From a virus (taxonomy: Duplodnaviria > Caudoviricetes), in the IMG/VR virus record IMGVR_UViG_3300009868_000003, positions 1 to 64,000 of that record: DNA of 64,000 nucleotides; one strand, 5' to 3'. Shown piece by piece: positions 44,862-54,513 of this stretch. Within the stretch, counting starts at the first letter, position 1; the number at the start of each line of letters is the position of its first letter. Below the pieces are notes generated by a model. The model was not told where the DNA came from. It was given only the letters and a program-made list of their open reading frames with translations, and ran no database searches. A program made the position numbers and the translations under genes.

Positions 44862-45691
44862 CTTTGCGTGTTTGTGGTTATTAAAACTTCTTCCACGGGT
44901 TTTCTATTGTCACCCTTAGCATTAATATACCTAGGGGCTAACACCGTTTCCACATTAAATATTGTGTCAGAATAAAGGTTTTGAATAAACTCACAGTTTG
45001 AATTAGAAAGTATCACATGGACACCATGAGATGCTAGAGACTTAGCAAAATCTCGAAGGGTTGTCTGTTGTTCAATCTCAAACCTATTTCCATTATAAGT
45101 TTTGTATGATCTTTCGGTTATTGGAAAATATGGAGGGTCAAAATAAACTAAGTCTCCTTCAATTGGCTCAATTTCATCAAAGCTTCCTGTAAATATTCTG
45201 GCAGACTGTAATGCCTGGCTTGAAGCAGATATTCCTTCAGGTGTACATAAAGTCGGATTTTTAGCTTTACCGAATGGGACATTATTTTTTCCTGTCTTAG
45301 AGCTTATTCGCCACATTCCATTAAATCCAGTCTTGTTTAAATATATGAACCATGCTGCTCTTGAAATAGCATCAACAGGTTCATTTGCTCTCTGAGCATA
45401 ATAGAACTCTTCAGAGTGATTCTCCTTATACCATTTTAGTTTATTAATCAATTCGTCTGGATGATTCCTAACAACCTCGTATGCGTTTATAAGAGTTCCG
45501 TTGATGTCAGATATGATTGCATTTTTTTCTTCTGTGCAGAAGCGTCCCTGGTTCCACAGTTCATAGAAAAGAGCTCCACCTCCAATAAATGGTTCCCAAT
45601 ATCTGTTAAATTTTTCGGGAACCCTTTTTAAGATTTCAGGTAAAAGAGATCGCTTGCCGCCGATCCATTTAATAAATGGTTTTGCTTGCAT
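44840..45691 (-). CDS. dam: Dam-family N6-adenine DNA methyltransferase
   Basis: KWIGGK, EPFIGGG, D.N..L.N.Y, YLNK.GFNG, DPPY, SNS. GATC specificity is not proven. Confidence 0.85.
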   Translation of the reverse strand: MQAKPFIKWIGGKRSLLPEILKRVPEKFNRYWEPFIGGGALFYELWNQGRFCTEEKNAIISDINGTLINAYEVVRNHPDELINKLKWYKENHSEEFYYAQRANEPVDAISRAAWFIYLNKTGFNGMWRISSKTGKNNVPFGKAKNPTLCTPEGISASSQALQSARIFTGSFDEIEPIEGDLVYFDPPYFPITERSYKTYNGNRFEIEQQTTLRDFAKSLASHGVHVILSNSNCEFIQNLYSDTIFNVETVLAPRYINAKGDNRKPVEEVLITTNTQRCQKRQK

Positions 45692-45725
45692 AGATAATAT
45701 TTTATTAAAAAATCGCTAGAAGTTT

Positions 45726-45926
45726 ATGTATTATTTAGTAAACGTTAAGTTTGAAGTCCCAACTGAAAAAGAGGGCAAAACAAAAACAATCAAGGAACTT
45801 TATGTCGTTTCAGCAGACTCAGTGTCAGCTGCCGAGAAAAAAGCTCTTGATGCAACAGGTGAAGGAACAAGCGAAAGGGTAGTAGAGTCCGTAAGGGAAT
45901 CTAAGATTCTTGGAGTCCTAAGGTAA
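45726..45926 (+). CDS. DUF4494-like protein
   Basis: V.VKFE...EGK.K..KE.YVV.ADS.SAAE resembles Bacteroidetes DUF4494. Confidence 0.6.
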   Translation: MYYLVNVKFEVPTEKEGKTKTIKELYVVSADSVSAAEKKALDATGEGTSERVVESVRESKILGVLR

Positions 45927-46205
45927 AACCTGTTTAAAAGAAATGGCGACAGCTGCATCTACTGTCTTACAACGTTTGAGGTTCTTAGAAAGAACCTCAA
46001 CCATTTCTTTTTCATGACCCTTTAAAATTTTAAAGCAATCTGTTCTGTCAGTATGTACTATACTACTGATAAACTCTATGGCTTTAGCATCACCGACTAG
46101 GATGTCATATTTGATGTATCTTTCCCTAAAGCCTTTATATCCAAGTTCTAGAATTTCGTCTAAAAGACTATTGATGTCTCGTAAGTAAAGCTTGTGTAAA
46201 CCCAT
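45918..46205 (-). CDS. Hypothetical protein
   Basis: ORF track. Confidence 0.65.
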   Translation of the reverse strand: MGLHKLYLRDINSLLDEILELGYKGFRERYIKYDILVGDAKAIEFISSIVHTDRTDCFKILKGHEKEMVEVLSKNLKRCKTVDAAVAISFKQVLP

Positions 46206-46220
46206 TATTTAAGAAGTTTT

Positions 46221-46439
46221 TTAAGAGCCACAGGTACACACTACTGTCTTATTTTTCTTACCTCGCAATAAGAAAAATAAACCAAAGAAGAGTGCCGAAA
46301 GGCAATAGAAAATACCGTCCGTAATCCAATATGACCCTGTCAACTTCATGATGTAAGCAAAAAGGGCATCGAATCCAAATGGGTTGAAGAAAGTTGCAAG
46401 CACTAAGAAGCCTGAAGCTATTGTTTTTCGGTTCAACAT
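46221..46439 (-). CDS. Two-TM membrane protein
   Basis: ATFFNPFGFD..F...TGSYW..D motif. Confidence 0.7.
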   Translation of the reverse strand: MLNRKTIASGFLVLATFFNPFGFDALFAYIMKLTGSYWITDGIFYCLSALFFGLFFLLRGKKNKTVVCTCGS

Positions 46440-46540
46440 TACACGTGGAAGGATCTGAGTCCATAAAAAGGTTATATTTCAGCTGAGGGAGACGCTAAGT
46501 CATCTCAAAAGGAACAGTAAAGTCTGTTCTATTTTATCTA

Positions 46541-46786
46541 TTACCATTTGGGCGGTTTTAGGGGACAATGGAACATCTTAAGACGAGTCTTTACCTCTAA
46601 AAAACAACCACATTCCATACACCTTGAAAGTATAGGATCATAATAATCACAACCTTGACATATCTCCATCCTGGCATCTTTTTCTTCGTCTGTTGTAAAT
46701 ATGTTTTCTGTTATTCGGGTAAGGGCGTTCTTTTTCTTCGGTTGACTGCTACCTTCACACCCACAGTCCTCTTCGTTTTCTGTCAT
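46541..46786 (-). CDS. Cys-rich DUF6171-like protein
   Basis: R..IC..C.......C..CGCF...KT....HCP...KW. Confidence 0.7.
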   Translation of the reverse strand: MTENEEDCGCEGSSQPKKKNALTRITENIFTTDEEKDARMEICQGCDYYDPILSRCMECGCFLEVKTRLKMFHCPLKPPKW

Positions 46787-46803
46787 ACAACACAGTCTTT
46801 TTA

Positions 46804-47706
46804 TTATTTAAAGTCCTCACGGTACTTTAAGACGGCCAGGTCCTTTGACTTCGCTTCACATTCAATGTCAAGGACAAGATCATACTGATTGACCCTCTGA
46901 TATAGGTAATCAGCATGAGCCCTTTCCATTATTTTATCGTTTTCAAACTTACGTTTAGAATCAGAATAATGAACAAGCGGAGTTAGACCTTTCCATGTGC
47001 TTGCACTAAGTCGAAGAGCATCCTCTTCACTAAGTCCATCGGGGTGTATAGAATGATGAAGATAATCAAAGGTTATTGGAATTCCAATTTTAAGAAAGAC
47101 ATGGTCAAATAAATCCTTTACAGAATACTGAGAAGTCTTATCGTCGTTTTCAACGACCAATCTATTTTTAGCATCCTGTGAAAGTTTATTAAAGTTTTGA
47201 CAGAATTTTTCTAAGCACTGGTACTTGTCATCATATGTTGCCCCCACGTGAATGTTTATTGGAAACCGGTTGGTTGAAGGAAGCCCCATTAGTGTAAATA
47301 TTCTGGCATGTTGATTGAGATCGATTATTGAAGAGGTTACGACCTCGTCACGTTTAGAACAAAGGACGTTAAAGTGTCCAGGATGAAAGGAAACCCTCAA
47401 GTTATTGTCAAGGACAAATCGACCGATTTCCAACAATTTTTCCTGAATTTGATTAAAGTTTGGAAGGTCCTCAAATTCATATTCAGACATCCATGGAAAT
47501 AAGTTACTAGAAAACCTATAGACTAAAATCTGATTTTCTAAGTTCCATCTAAGAACAGTTAAGAGATCCTGAATGTTTTCGTATGCAAGTTGACCAACGT
47601 ATTTGAGACCCCTTTTGTTAAAGGTTCGTCTAATCATCTTACGGTTTGTGGAAACTCCCTGTTTTTCAAGGGTCAGACTTATACAGCAGTAACCGATGTT
47701 TTTCAT
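46804..47706 (-). CDS. uvsE: UV damage endonuclease
   Basis: IGYCCIS, YRFSS.LFP, R.SFHPGHF.VL.S, INIHVGA, LVVENDD, FDYLHH, HYS, HADY, EAK.KD.A. Confidence 0.92.
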   Translation of the reverse strand: MKNIGYCCISLTLEKQGVSTNRKMIRRTFNKRGLKYVGQLAYENIQDLLTVLRWNLENQILVYRFSSNLFPWMSEYEFEDLPNFNQIQEKLLEIGRFVLDNNLRVSFHPGHFNVLCSKRDEVVTSSIIDLNQHARIFTLMGLPSTNRFPINIHVGATYDDKYQCLEKFCQNFNKLSQDAKNRLVVENDDKTSQYSVKDLFDHVFLKIGIPITFDYLHHSIHPDGLSEEDALRLSASTWKGLTPLVHYSDSKRKFENDKIMERAHADYLYQRVNQYDLVLDIECEAKSKDLAVLKYREDFK

Positions 47707-47715
47707 TTAGTTAAT

Positions 47716-48270
47716 CTACCTAAACGTCACTCCATAAACTTCATAAATTGCATCTAGACCCTTGTTTGATATTTCTCTGGTTCCTATACCTGCAAAGTCA
47801 TTAGAAAGAATTGGAGCGTCACAGTTTAAAAATAAGCCGTTTTCAAACCCTTTCCATCTCTCACTTTTCTGGTCAAATAACCATACAGGTTTACCATCAT
47901 CTATTGCCATCTGAACTGCCCAAGCTGTTCCTCCGCTTACTATTGAGTCTGTTAAAAGAGTCCCGACCGCGAAAATCTCTTCACTGTTTTTGACTTGGTA
48001 CCAGTTTCTATAAAGTAAGGAATTAACAAAAACATTTGAAGAAGGAAATCGTCTCTTTAGGGTCTCATTTGCCTTAATTAGTTTAGGTGTTGCCTCGAGT
48101 TTTGCTTCTTCGAATGGAATTGGAGTGTTTCCCTTTTGAGTCACATAAGGTTCAGTGTAATAATGTCTAAATTTAGTTACACCAAACTGTCTACCGATCA
48201 TGTCCCAAGCAGTGTCAGAACCTATTGCTCCTCCTGAATGTCCTGTAAAATCTGATGGGTTTCTTTTCAT
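47716..48270 (-). CDS. SLOG-superfamily (cpYpsA-like) nucleotide-binding protein
   Basis: HSGGAIGSD...GGTAWAVQMA...KPV.LFD...FAGIGTR. Confidence 0.6.
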   Translation of the reverse strand: MKRNPSDFTGHSGGAIGSDTAWDMIGRQFGVTKFRHYYTEPYVTQKGNTPIPFEEAKLEATPKLIKANETLKRRFPSSNVFVNSLLYRNWYQVKNSEEIFAVGTLLTDSIVSGGTAWAVQMAIDDGKPVWLFDQKSERWKGFENGLFLNCDAPILSNDFAGIGTREISNKGLDAIYEVYGVTFR

Positions 48271-48623
48271 AAGCTTTTTAAAAATTCTATGCAGTCATGG
48301 AGAGTCCTTGCATTTGAGTTACATAAAGCTGCAATCACTTCTCCATGACAATGCATATGTCTTATTGATGACTTACCTGTGGAAGGCTTCACACAACACC
48401 AACACCCCAAAGTCTTTCCCTTTAAATCAAGGACTTCGTCTATCTTTTCAGGATTTTCTAAAAGATAATCACGGTACTTTTTAACGGCCTCATATCTGCT
48501 AGTGACAACTTGATATGCAAGGGTCCTTTGGTCTTTTTTATGAGTGAATGGGTTTCCATATTCAGACGGCCTACCTATGTAAACATCATATGGTGCTTTT
48601 TTGCAATGTACTACTGTTGTCAT
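48267..48623 (-). CDS. DUF4326 protein
   Basis: VVHCKK.PYDVYIGRPS.YGNPF...L.GKTLGCWC....CHGEV. Confidence 0.85.
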   Translation of the reverse strand: MTTVVHCKKAPYDVYIGRPSEYGNPFTHKKDQRTLAYQVVTSRYEAVKKYRDYLLENPEKIDEVLDLKGKTLGCWCCVKPSTGKSSIRHMHCHGEVIAALCNSNARTLHDCIEFLKSL

Positions 48624-48973
48624 TCTAATGTATTTAACCAATCGTCTTCTCCTGCTTTCCGTTCAGCTTCATCGAAGAAGTCGACATTTTTTGTCTTATT
48701 GCTTGAAAGTATATGAATTGCTTCAAGCGTCGTGTAATAACGAGCTTCACCGTTGTCCGGTTTCCACTTACGTCCTTTTGCTAAAAATTGAACTGTGATC
48801 TGATCCCCGACTGAGAGCTCTTTTACGAGGTCGCATTTAGCTTGGACCACTTGAAAAGTGACATATTGTTTTCCGTCATTACCTCCTAGGACAACAAACT
48901 CTCTCTTTCTAAACTTATCACTTACTTGATTCTCGCTAAAGATCTTCTCGACCTTTCCTTTAAACTCTAACAT
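48620..48973 (-). CDS. DUF3127 OB-fold (SSB-like) protein
   Basis: F.KREFV...QYV.F...Q.K...L..GD.I.V.F..KGR.W....YYTTLEA; acidic tail. Confidence 0.8.
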   Translation of the reverse strand: MLEFKGKVEKIFSENQVSDKFRKREFVVLGGNDGKQYVTFQVVQAKCDLVKELSVGDQITVQFLAKGRKWKPDNGEARYYTTLEAIHILSSNKTKNVDFFDEAERKAGEDDWLNTLE

Positions 48974-49428
48974 TAAAGATTCATGTATTTTCTCGTGTTC
49001 TCAAATATTTCAGTAAGTTGAGGAGACATATCAAACCTCTCTGAGTTTACTTTAATGCTTTCTTCGAGGCTTCCGTTTGCTGTCCTTTCAGACGCAGCCT
49101 TCCAATCAAAAAACATTTCAATAATATCAAATAGATTCATCCCGTTTATACCGTTGGCATAGTGTTGAGGGTGGTGAGAATTATTAGCATAGTGATGATG
49201 AAGAGCAACATTGAGCTCCTTAAGAGACTCGTGATATTCAGGAGAACCATATTTTAGGTTTTTAAGAATCGGAGTCATCTTGTCAAAAAGAGGCTTTTCA
49301 GGATCCTTTAGTTTGGAGTCGTCATGCTGACTTCCTCTTTTTAATAGTTCAGTTGCACTTATGCTTAATAATTCAGAGACCCTTTTAATGTGCAATAGGG
49401 TGTCTGCTGCACTATCATAATTTTCCAT
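48973..49428 (-). CDS. DUF5662 (HD-like) protein
   Basis: HI.RV, HDDSK, HHY.NN.HHP.HY, M.L.D..EM..DW.AAS. Confidence 0.75.
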   Translation of the reverse strand: MENYDSAADTLLHIKRVSELLSISATELLKRGSQHDDSKLKDPEKPLFDKMTPILKNLKYGSPEYHESLKELNVALHHHYANNSHHPQHYANGINGMNLFDIIEMFFDWKAASERTANGSLEESIKVNSERFDMSPQLTEIFENTRKYMNL

Positions 49429-49429
49429 C

Positions 49430-49906
49430 TTAAAAGTTTTCGTTTGTAAACCTTGCATCATAGTCTGTAAATGAACTAAAATCCAAGTTATCTGCTTCAA
49501 TTCTACGATCAACTGAATCACCTGGCATGATCCTTTCGTTTAACCTAAACCTTCTCAATTCGTCTGAGATGTCGAGATACATTATAAAGGATCTCTTCCT
49601 ATCATCTTCTGTCAGTTGGGCTATTCCGGCAGGTGTCATCAAAAAGACATCTTTTTGGTCAAATTCTTTTTTAGACGTGCCGTACCACCAAGTGTTGAAA
49701 TTTGCAGTCTCATAAAACTCTCCGTCTTGTTTCATTCTAAGAAACTCCTCTTCTGAAACATAATAATACGTTTCGCCCTCGACTTCACCAGGTCTCATTG
49801 GCCTTGTTGTGTGACTTATTCCACACCTCAAACCACGGTTTCGTAATCTATTTTTTAGGAAGTCCTTTCCGGATGCAGCTTTTCCTGCAATGATAATCTT
49901 TGCCAT
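49430..49906 (-). CDS. gmk: Guanylate kinase-like protein
   Basis: GKAASGK, ISHTTRPMRPGEVEG..Y.YV, Y..WYGT. Confidence 0.8.
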   Translation of the reverse strand: MAKIIIAGKAASGKDFLKNRLRNRGLRCGISHTTRPMRPGEVEGETYYYVSEEEFLRMKQDGEFYETANFNTWWYGTSKKEFDQKDVFLMTPAGIAQLTEDDRKRSFIMYLDISDELRRFRLNERIMPGDSVDRRIEADNLDFSSFTDYDARFTNENF

Positions 49907-49945
49907 ATGCTTTACTAAATTTTACTCAGTAAAGCTGTATGGTTT

Positions 49946-50176
49946 TTAATGACTACGTCTAAATTCGTTCCATTCTTTGGTAAGCCTGGCAGTCAAACGA
50001 CGGTCTGCTTCTTCTGCTTCTTCTTGTCGGTTTAAACCATTATGGTTTCGACCACATTTTTCACAAAACGAAGTTGAATAATCTTTATTTCGGTGATCAC
50101 ACCATTTGCATATCCAACGCGACTCGCTTGCGTCAATACACATCTCAAGGATCATTATTGGTGCTAATTTTTTCAT
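49946..50176 (-). CDS. Zinc-ribbon protein
   Basis: W.CKWC..N......CEKCG. Confidence 0.7.
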   Translation of the reverse strand: MKKLAPIMILEMCIDASESRWICKWCDHRNKDYSTSFCEKCGRNHNGLNRQEEAEEADRRLTARLTKEWNEFRRSH

Positions 50177-50177
50177 G

Positions 50178-50465
50178 TTAAACTTTGTTTGGACTCATAG
50201 AATTATATAAGGCTCTGAGCAGCTCTAATGGATTTCTCTGGTAGTAAGCATCAATGACCACTCGTGCCTCCTTTGATGAATCATATTCTCCGACAAGTTC
50301 ATACCAATCGGAACGAAAGAACCCACCAGACGTCATAAAAATGTTTCCATGTTCCTTTCCTTTAAGGACCATTGTATCTTTGTTTTGAGTATAGATGACG
50401 TCTACTTCTTGCTCTCCAAATGGAGTCATCACCATTTCCTTACCATGTGTTCCTGGTTCTTTCAT
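50178..50465 (-). CDS. Hypothetical protein
   Basis: ATG 50465 abuts upstream stop. Confidence 0.65.
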   Translation of the reverse strand: MKEPGTHGKEMVMTPFGEQEVDVIYTQNKDTMVLKGKEHGNIFMTSGGFFRSDWYELVGEYDSSKEARVVIDAYYQRNPLELLRALYNSMSPNKV

Positions 50466-50466
50466 T

Positions 50467-51348
50467 TTAATATCCCGGTTCATGTGACCATGTGCATTTA
50501 TGACAATATGAACCGTTCCAAGTTGGCACATGACAGTCTGGACAGGTTTTGCTAATTATTTCGACTTTTTTGGCATTTAAAACTGATACATTAAGATCCC
50601 ATTCTTCAGGATCCTGTGGATGATTTGATTTGAATGAGTGCAACTCAATCGTACAACTATATGCACCAGGTTTAAGTATTCCGAACTTTTCTCTTTCAGA
50701 TTTGGAAAAGTGAAAATTGTCGTCGTCTATTATATCGCTCAACTCTGGAATTTCTGGTGAATCTGGAAATGGTTCCTCAATTAAAAAAACGTTTCCAAAC
50801 TTAGATACTCCAATCACAATGTTATGAATATGAGTCTTGCTTGAAGTTCTAAATAGGGAACTTGTTTCTCTTTCCTTTTCTAAGAAAGCTTCCCTAAGTT
50901 GGGTCAAAATTTCTCCCAAATAATTCTTACCTTCCCATGTTTCTCTGCTTTTTGCACGATGATCAGACTCACGAAGTCCTATTCCCCAGATTTTGTCAAA
51001 AGGACTTGCTTCTACTAATGTAGTTCCATGAGTTGAAAGAAGGCTTTCATATAGTTTCTTGTTTTGTTTAAACTTGGCATAATTACCACGATAGACAACC
51101 TTTTTACAGATCTTGTCCCACTGTTCTGCCTTAAAGTTTTTAACTTCCCTTCCTAGTGCTTTTTGTTCCTTAGGGTCTGATGTTAACATTATTTTAGCTG
51201 CAGTGTCTTCGTCTCCGAAATATAATGCCTTTTGGTACATCATATATTGCTCAGCACAGTTATACTCTATACCGTTTATCCAAAAAACAGAAGGATGCCA
51301 CTGTGAATAAATGTCCTCTGTTTTCCAAAAGAATGTAAATTTTTCCAT
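50467..51348 (-). CDS. NADAR (YbiA) family hydrolase with C-terminal extension and zinc ribbon
   Basis: SQWHPS, EQYMM.QKA..FGD, K.LGR.V.NF, AKF.QN, LVEASPFDKIWGIG, G.N.LG..L; CPDC..CHKC at the end. Confidence 0.9.
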   Translation of the reverse strand: MEKFTFFWKTEDIYSQWHPSVFWINGIEYNCAEQYMMYQKALYFGDEDTAAKIMLTSDPKEQKALGREVKNFKAEQWDKICKKVVYRGNYAKFKQNKKLYESLLSTHGTTLVEASPFDKIWGIGLRESDHRAKSRETWEGKNYLGEILTQLREAFLEKERETSSLFRTSSKTHIHNIVIGVSKFGNVFLIEEPFPDSPEIPELSDIIDDDNFHFSKSEREKFGILKPGAYSCTIELHSFKSNHPQDPEEWDLNVSVLNAKKVEIISKTCPDCHVPTWNGSYCHKCTWSHEPGY

Positions 51349-51641
51349 TAGACTGTTTCTAAATGTTGTTCTGGGGTTAAGAAATGAAACTGTGACTGTG
51401 AATTACTATGACCGTCTACCTTTGTGGATGCTTCAAATGATTTTATGGAATCAAGTAATGATATGTCTTCATGACATTGTAAAGTATTCCATAAATGAGT
51501 TTCTCCATTTCCTATAAACCAGTTTGACAAGAGCATTTTATCTTCTTCAAACACTAAAAGATGGTAACCGAATGGTTTTCCCCAAACTCCAGGTTTCATT
51601 AGTCTATATCCCATTGATAATAGGTCTCTTTTGATTTCCAT
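51348..51641 (-). CDS. Hypothetical protein
   Basis: ORF track. Confidence 0.7.
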   Translation of the reverse strand: MEIKRDLLSMGYRLMKPGVWGKPFGYHLLVFEEDKMLLSNWFIGNGETHLWNTLQCHEDISLLDSIKSFEASTKVDGHSNSQSQFHFLTPEQHLETV

Positions 51642-51646
51642 GATTC

Positions 51647-53035
51647 TTATTTTAAGCCTTTAGCCATAGCTTCAATGTCTAATATGTGTTGTAAAGTATC
51701 TGCTGTCGTTTTATCCGTCCGTATTTCTTTATAGACCGGGTGAAGCAATGAATAATTACCCTCAGAGTCTTGAGAGACACCTGAACATTTTGTCTCGAGG
51801 ATTGCTCCTTTAAGACTTTCTTGATTTTCAGTAATGTATTTCATTTCCTTCTCCTTTATTCCAGTCGGAGCTGTAAAAAGAAGTCCGTCTTCAGATACTG
51901 CTTCAACTGATGAAATGAGGTGTTCATTTTTCCCAGTTCCATACCTAAATCCGGTTATTCGTAAGTCGATTGTAATTTCAAGCTTAAGTTTTATTTGCCA
52001 TTTAGGTTTACCATCCTTCCAGACCCCGTCTATTGACTTAAGAATGTTTCCTTCATACCCTAAATTTATGGTCTGTTGAAACAGTTTCATTGCTTCAGCA
52101 TAGCTATTGACATGAGTCGTCTCTATTAGGGAAACCATAGTGGTCTGAGCATCACTTATGTATTTGGCAATGTTGTCTAACCGTTGACTGTATGGTGTGT
52201 CTGAATGTGCCCTGGTATATTCATCAAGTGTAATGGTGTCCCATGTCGTATAACGAATCTTACCTAAGGCTTCTTTCATTGACATACCATGTTCTTTTTC
52301 AAACTCAGCAAGCTCCTTAGTTACCTTCTTACCTTCTATGATTTTGGCATTTATTGTAATAAGTGATGCAATTATTCCATTAGACTCATATCGGTTATAC
52401 CCGTCCATTGTCAGTTCACCGTTAAGAACGCAGTCAGGAAACCGTTTAAGTTCCTCAACAAACGTTGCTCCTTCTAAGTATGAAGGTTCACCTCCACGAC
52501 TTTCCATATTAACTATGCCACCCTCAATTATAACGTTTGCATACCGACCGTCCATCTTAATCTGGGAATATGCACCATTTCCTTGAGCTAAGAGTTCATC
52601 AACCAACTTCTTAGAAAAGGCTTTTGCTCCCATATATGGAGTTTCCTCTATTAAACCTGGAAATATCTTATTGATGTTGGTGACCCCCATACCGATTTTA
52701 CAGTCACGGTCGATTATCCTTTCAATAATATATGCATCATCAGGTGATAATGAAGACAATACAGTATGTAGGTGATTTAGTGCATCGTGACCCGTCTTTT
52801 CCCTTGAACTTAAAGGAGAAAGTAGATCCATTGCTTCATTTAGAGTCAGAGTAGGACTACCTGAATTTTTAGGGTATTCTCCCATGTGTTTGATGTAAAA
52901 TTTCACTCTAGGTGAATTAGCAAGGTATAATGCTCTTTTTAAGGTTTCATTTTCGGAATAAGACCGAAGGATGTCCATCTTTGCATTAGAACCGTTGTCT
53001 GATGATATATGGTCGAATATTTCTTTAACTGTCAT
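51647..53035 (-). CDS. lig: ATP-dependent DNA ligase (T4 gp30-like)
   Basis: QIKMDGRY (KxDG), VLNGEL, WD, EGNILK, W.K.K; OB-fold C-terminus. Confidence 0.92.
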   Translation of the reverse strand: MTVKEIFDHISSDNGSNAKMDILRSYSENETLKRALYLANSPRVKFYIKHMGEYPKNSGSPTLTLNEAMDLLSPLSSREKTGHDALNHLHTVLSSLSPDDAYIIERIIDRDCKIGMGVTNINKIFPGLIEETPYMGAKAFSKKLVDELLAQGNGAYSQIKMDGRYANVIIEGGIVNMESRGGEPSYLEGATFVEELKRFPDCVLNGELTMDGYNRYESNGIIASLITINAKIIEGKKVTKELAEFEKEHGMSMKEALGKIRYTTWDTITLDEYTRAHSDTPYSQRLDNIAKYISDAQTTMVSLIETTHVNSYAEAMKLFQQTINLGYEGNILKSIDGVWKDGKPKWQIKLKLEITIDLRITGFRYGTGKNEHLISSVEAVSEDGLLFTAPTGIKEKEMKYITENQESLKGAILETKCSGVSQDSEGNYSLLHPVYKEIRTDKTTADTLQHILDIEAMAKGLK

Positions 53036-53051
53036 AGACTAAATATACTAA

Positions 53052-53076
53052 AAAGGCACCAAAATTTGGTGCCTTT
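53052..53076 (-). terminator. Intrinsic terminator
   Basis: AAAGGCACC-N7-GGTGCCTTT with a U-run on the minus strand. Confidence 0.65.
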
Positions 53077-53098
53077 AGAATTAAATATGTAACCTGGA

Positions 53099-53686
53099 TT
53101 AAGACTCAGTTGTTATTGGGTTTTGGTCATCAGCTGGGGTTGAATCAGCTGGAGTCTCTTCTGCCTTTAACTTTTCACGATATTCTTTAACAAGTTCGTC
53201 AATTTCCCTCATCTTCTTAGCTGCCCCGTTTAGTGCCATGGCAATCCTAAAAGTCCTCTGTGCCTGTTCAATACCCTTACCCTTAACCCGGCCGGTGTAA
53301 TAAATTGCTCCTTCAATTGCTGCGGCTGAGAGTGCAATTACCGGGGCTTCAGCCTTGTTTTTCTGAGCTTCTTTTAAAACTTTAGAGTAGGTTGCATATG
53401 CTGATTCGATACCCATAAAGGCGTTCATCAACATAAATGCTTCCTGAGGACCGGTAAACTCATATTCACCTTGCATCTTACCCCTTAGGTATTTAAGGTC
53501 ATCTAAGTGCAATAATGGAACCGCAAAAGTTCCTACTCGTTGGTCTTGTAAAAATTCAATCTTTTCTTGTGTTGATAAAGATTCAAAATCAACCGGAGCA
53601 GGTGCTTCAGATGTTTCTTGTTCAACTTCAGGTGCTACTGGGCCCACTGTTGTTTCTTCGTTTAGTTGTTCTTGTGTTTGTGACAT
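53099..53686 (-). CDS. Hypothetical protein
   Basis: ORF track. Confidence 0.75.
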   Translation of the reverse strand: MSQTQEQLNEETTVGPVAPEVEQETSEAPAPVDFESLSTQEKIEFLQDQRVGTFAVPLLHLDDLKYLRGKMQGEYEFTGPQEAFMLMNAFMGIESAYATYSKVLKEAQKNKAEAPVIALSAAAIEGAIYYTGRVKGKGIEQAQRTFRIAMALNGAAKKMREIDELVKEYREKLKAEETPADSTPADDQNPITTES

Positions 53687-53701
53687 TTGTCTATCTTGTT
53701 T

Positions 53702-53989
53702 TTAGATTAATTCTCTTAATTTTTGGTTTGAGCAGTGTAACTTAATGTTATTACACCTCATTCTTTCAAGAATAACGTTTAGTTTGTCGGTTAAAGTATA
53801 AGGTTCCGATTCCTTTAGTCCACCTGATGGTGTTTCAGTCATTTCATCTTCGATGTGAATTTGACGAACCTTTGCAGATAGGTCATAAGCTTCATCTGCA
53901 GTTGCAGACACTTCGGAAAAAATTTCATTAATTAATTGACAGACTATTGTTGGAGCCTGAACTGATGGATCATTTGTCGGATATGGCAT
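53702..53989 (-). CDS. Hypothetical protein
   Basis: ORF track. Confidence 0.7.
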   Translation of the reverse strand: MPYPTNDPSVQAPTIVCQLINEIFSEVSATADEAYDLSAKVRQIHIEDEMTETPSGGLKESEPYTLTDKLNVILERMRCNNIKLHCSNQKLRELI

Positions 53990-54027
53990 AACTTGTGTTC
54001 TTTAGCTAAGTTATACGTCTACTGAAG

Positions 54028-54513
54028 TTAAGGTTTTAGTCGGTCTAAAATAATTTTTTGAGCAGGAACTATTTTTGAGTATGCCTCTTCATATTTGATA
54101 AAACCAGCCCAGTCCACTTCTTCTGTCTGAAGCATGGTCTTAGGAAGTGTTGGTCCAGTTAGACCTAAAGATTCTAACTTTGGAACTGAAACTTCATAAT
54201 AAGTTACGGTCTTCTTAGGTTTGTTTCCTGAGAAAAAAACAAAAGTCTTGGGTTCCCTATTTATAAACTCTTCAGGGACCTCAAGACCTATTTCTTCCTT
54301 GACCTCCCTAAGGGCAGCTTGCCATTCGGATTCTCCAATTTCAATCTTTCCTTTTGGAATACCTAGTGTCGGTTTTTGCCAACTTGAATTTGTGGGGTGA
54401 ATTAAAAGTATTTTACCTTCACATGTGATTGCTAATCCTGCTGCATCTTTCATCTCAGACATATTATCATATGCTTCTATTATAAAATCGTTGAAAGATT
54501 TAACTCTTATCAT
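54028..54513 (-). CDS. NUDIX hydrolase with capsid-targeting-like N-terminus
   Basis: Nudix box PKGKIEIGESEWQAALREVKEEIG; N-terminus MIRVKSFNDFIIE. Confidence 0.9.
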   Translation of the reverse strand: MIRVKSFNDFIIEAYDNMSEMKDAAGLAITCEGKILLIHPTNSSWQKPTLGIPKGKIEIGESEWQAALREVKEEIGLEVPEEFINREPKTFVFFSGNKPKKTVTYYEVSVPKLESLGLTGPTLPKTMLQTEEVDWAGFIKYEEAYSKIVPAQKIILDRLKP

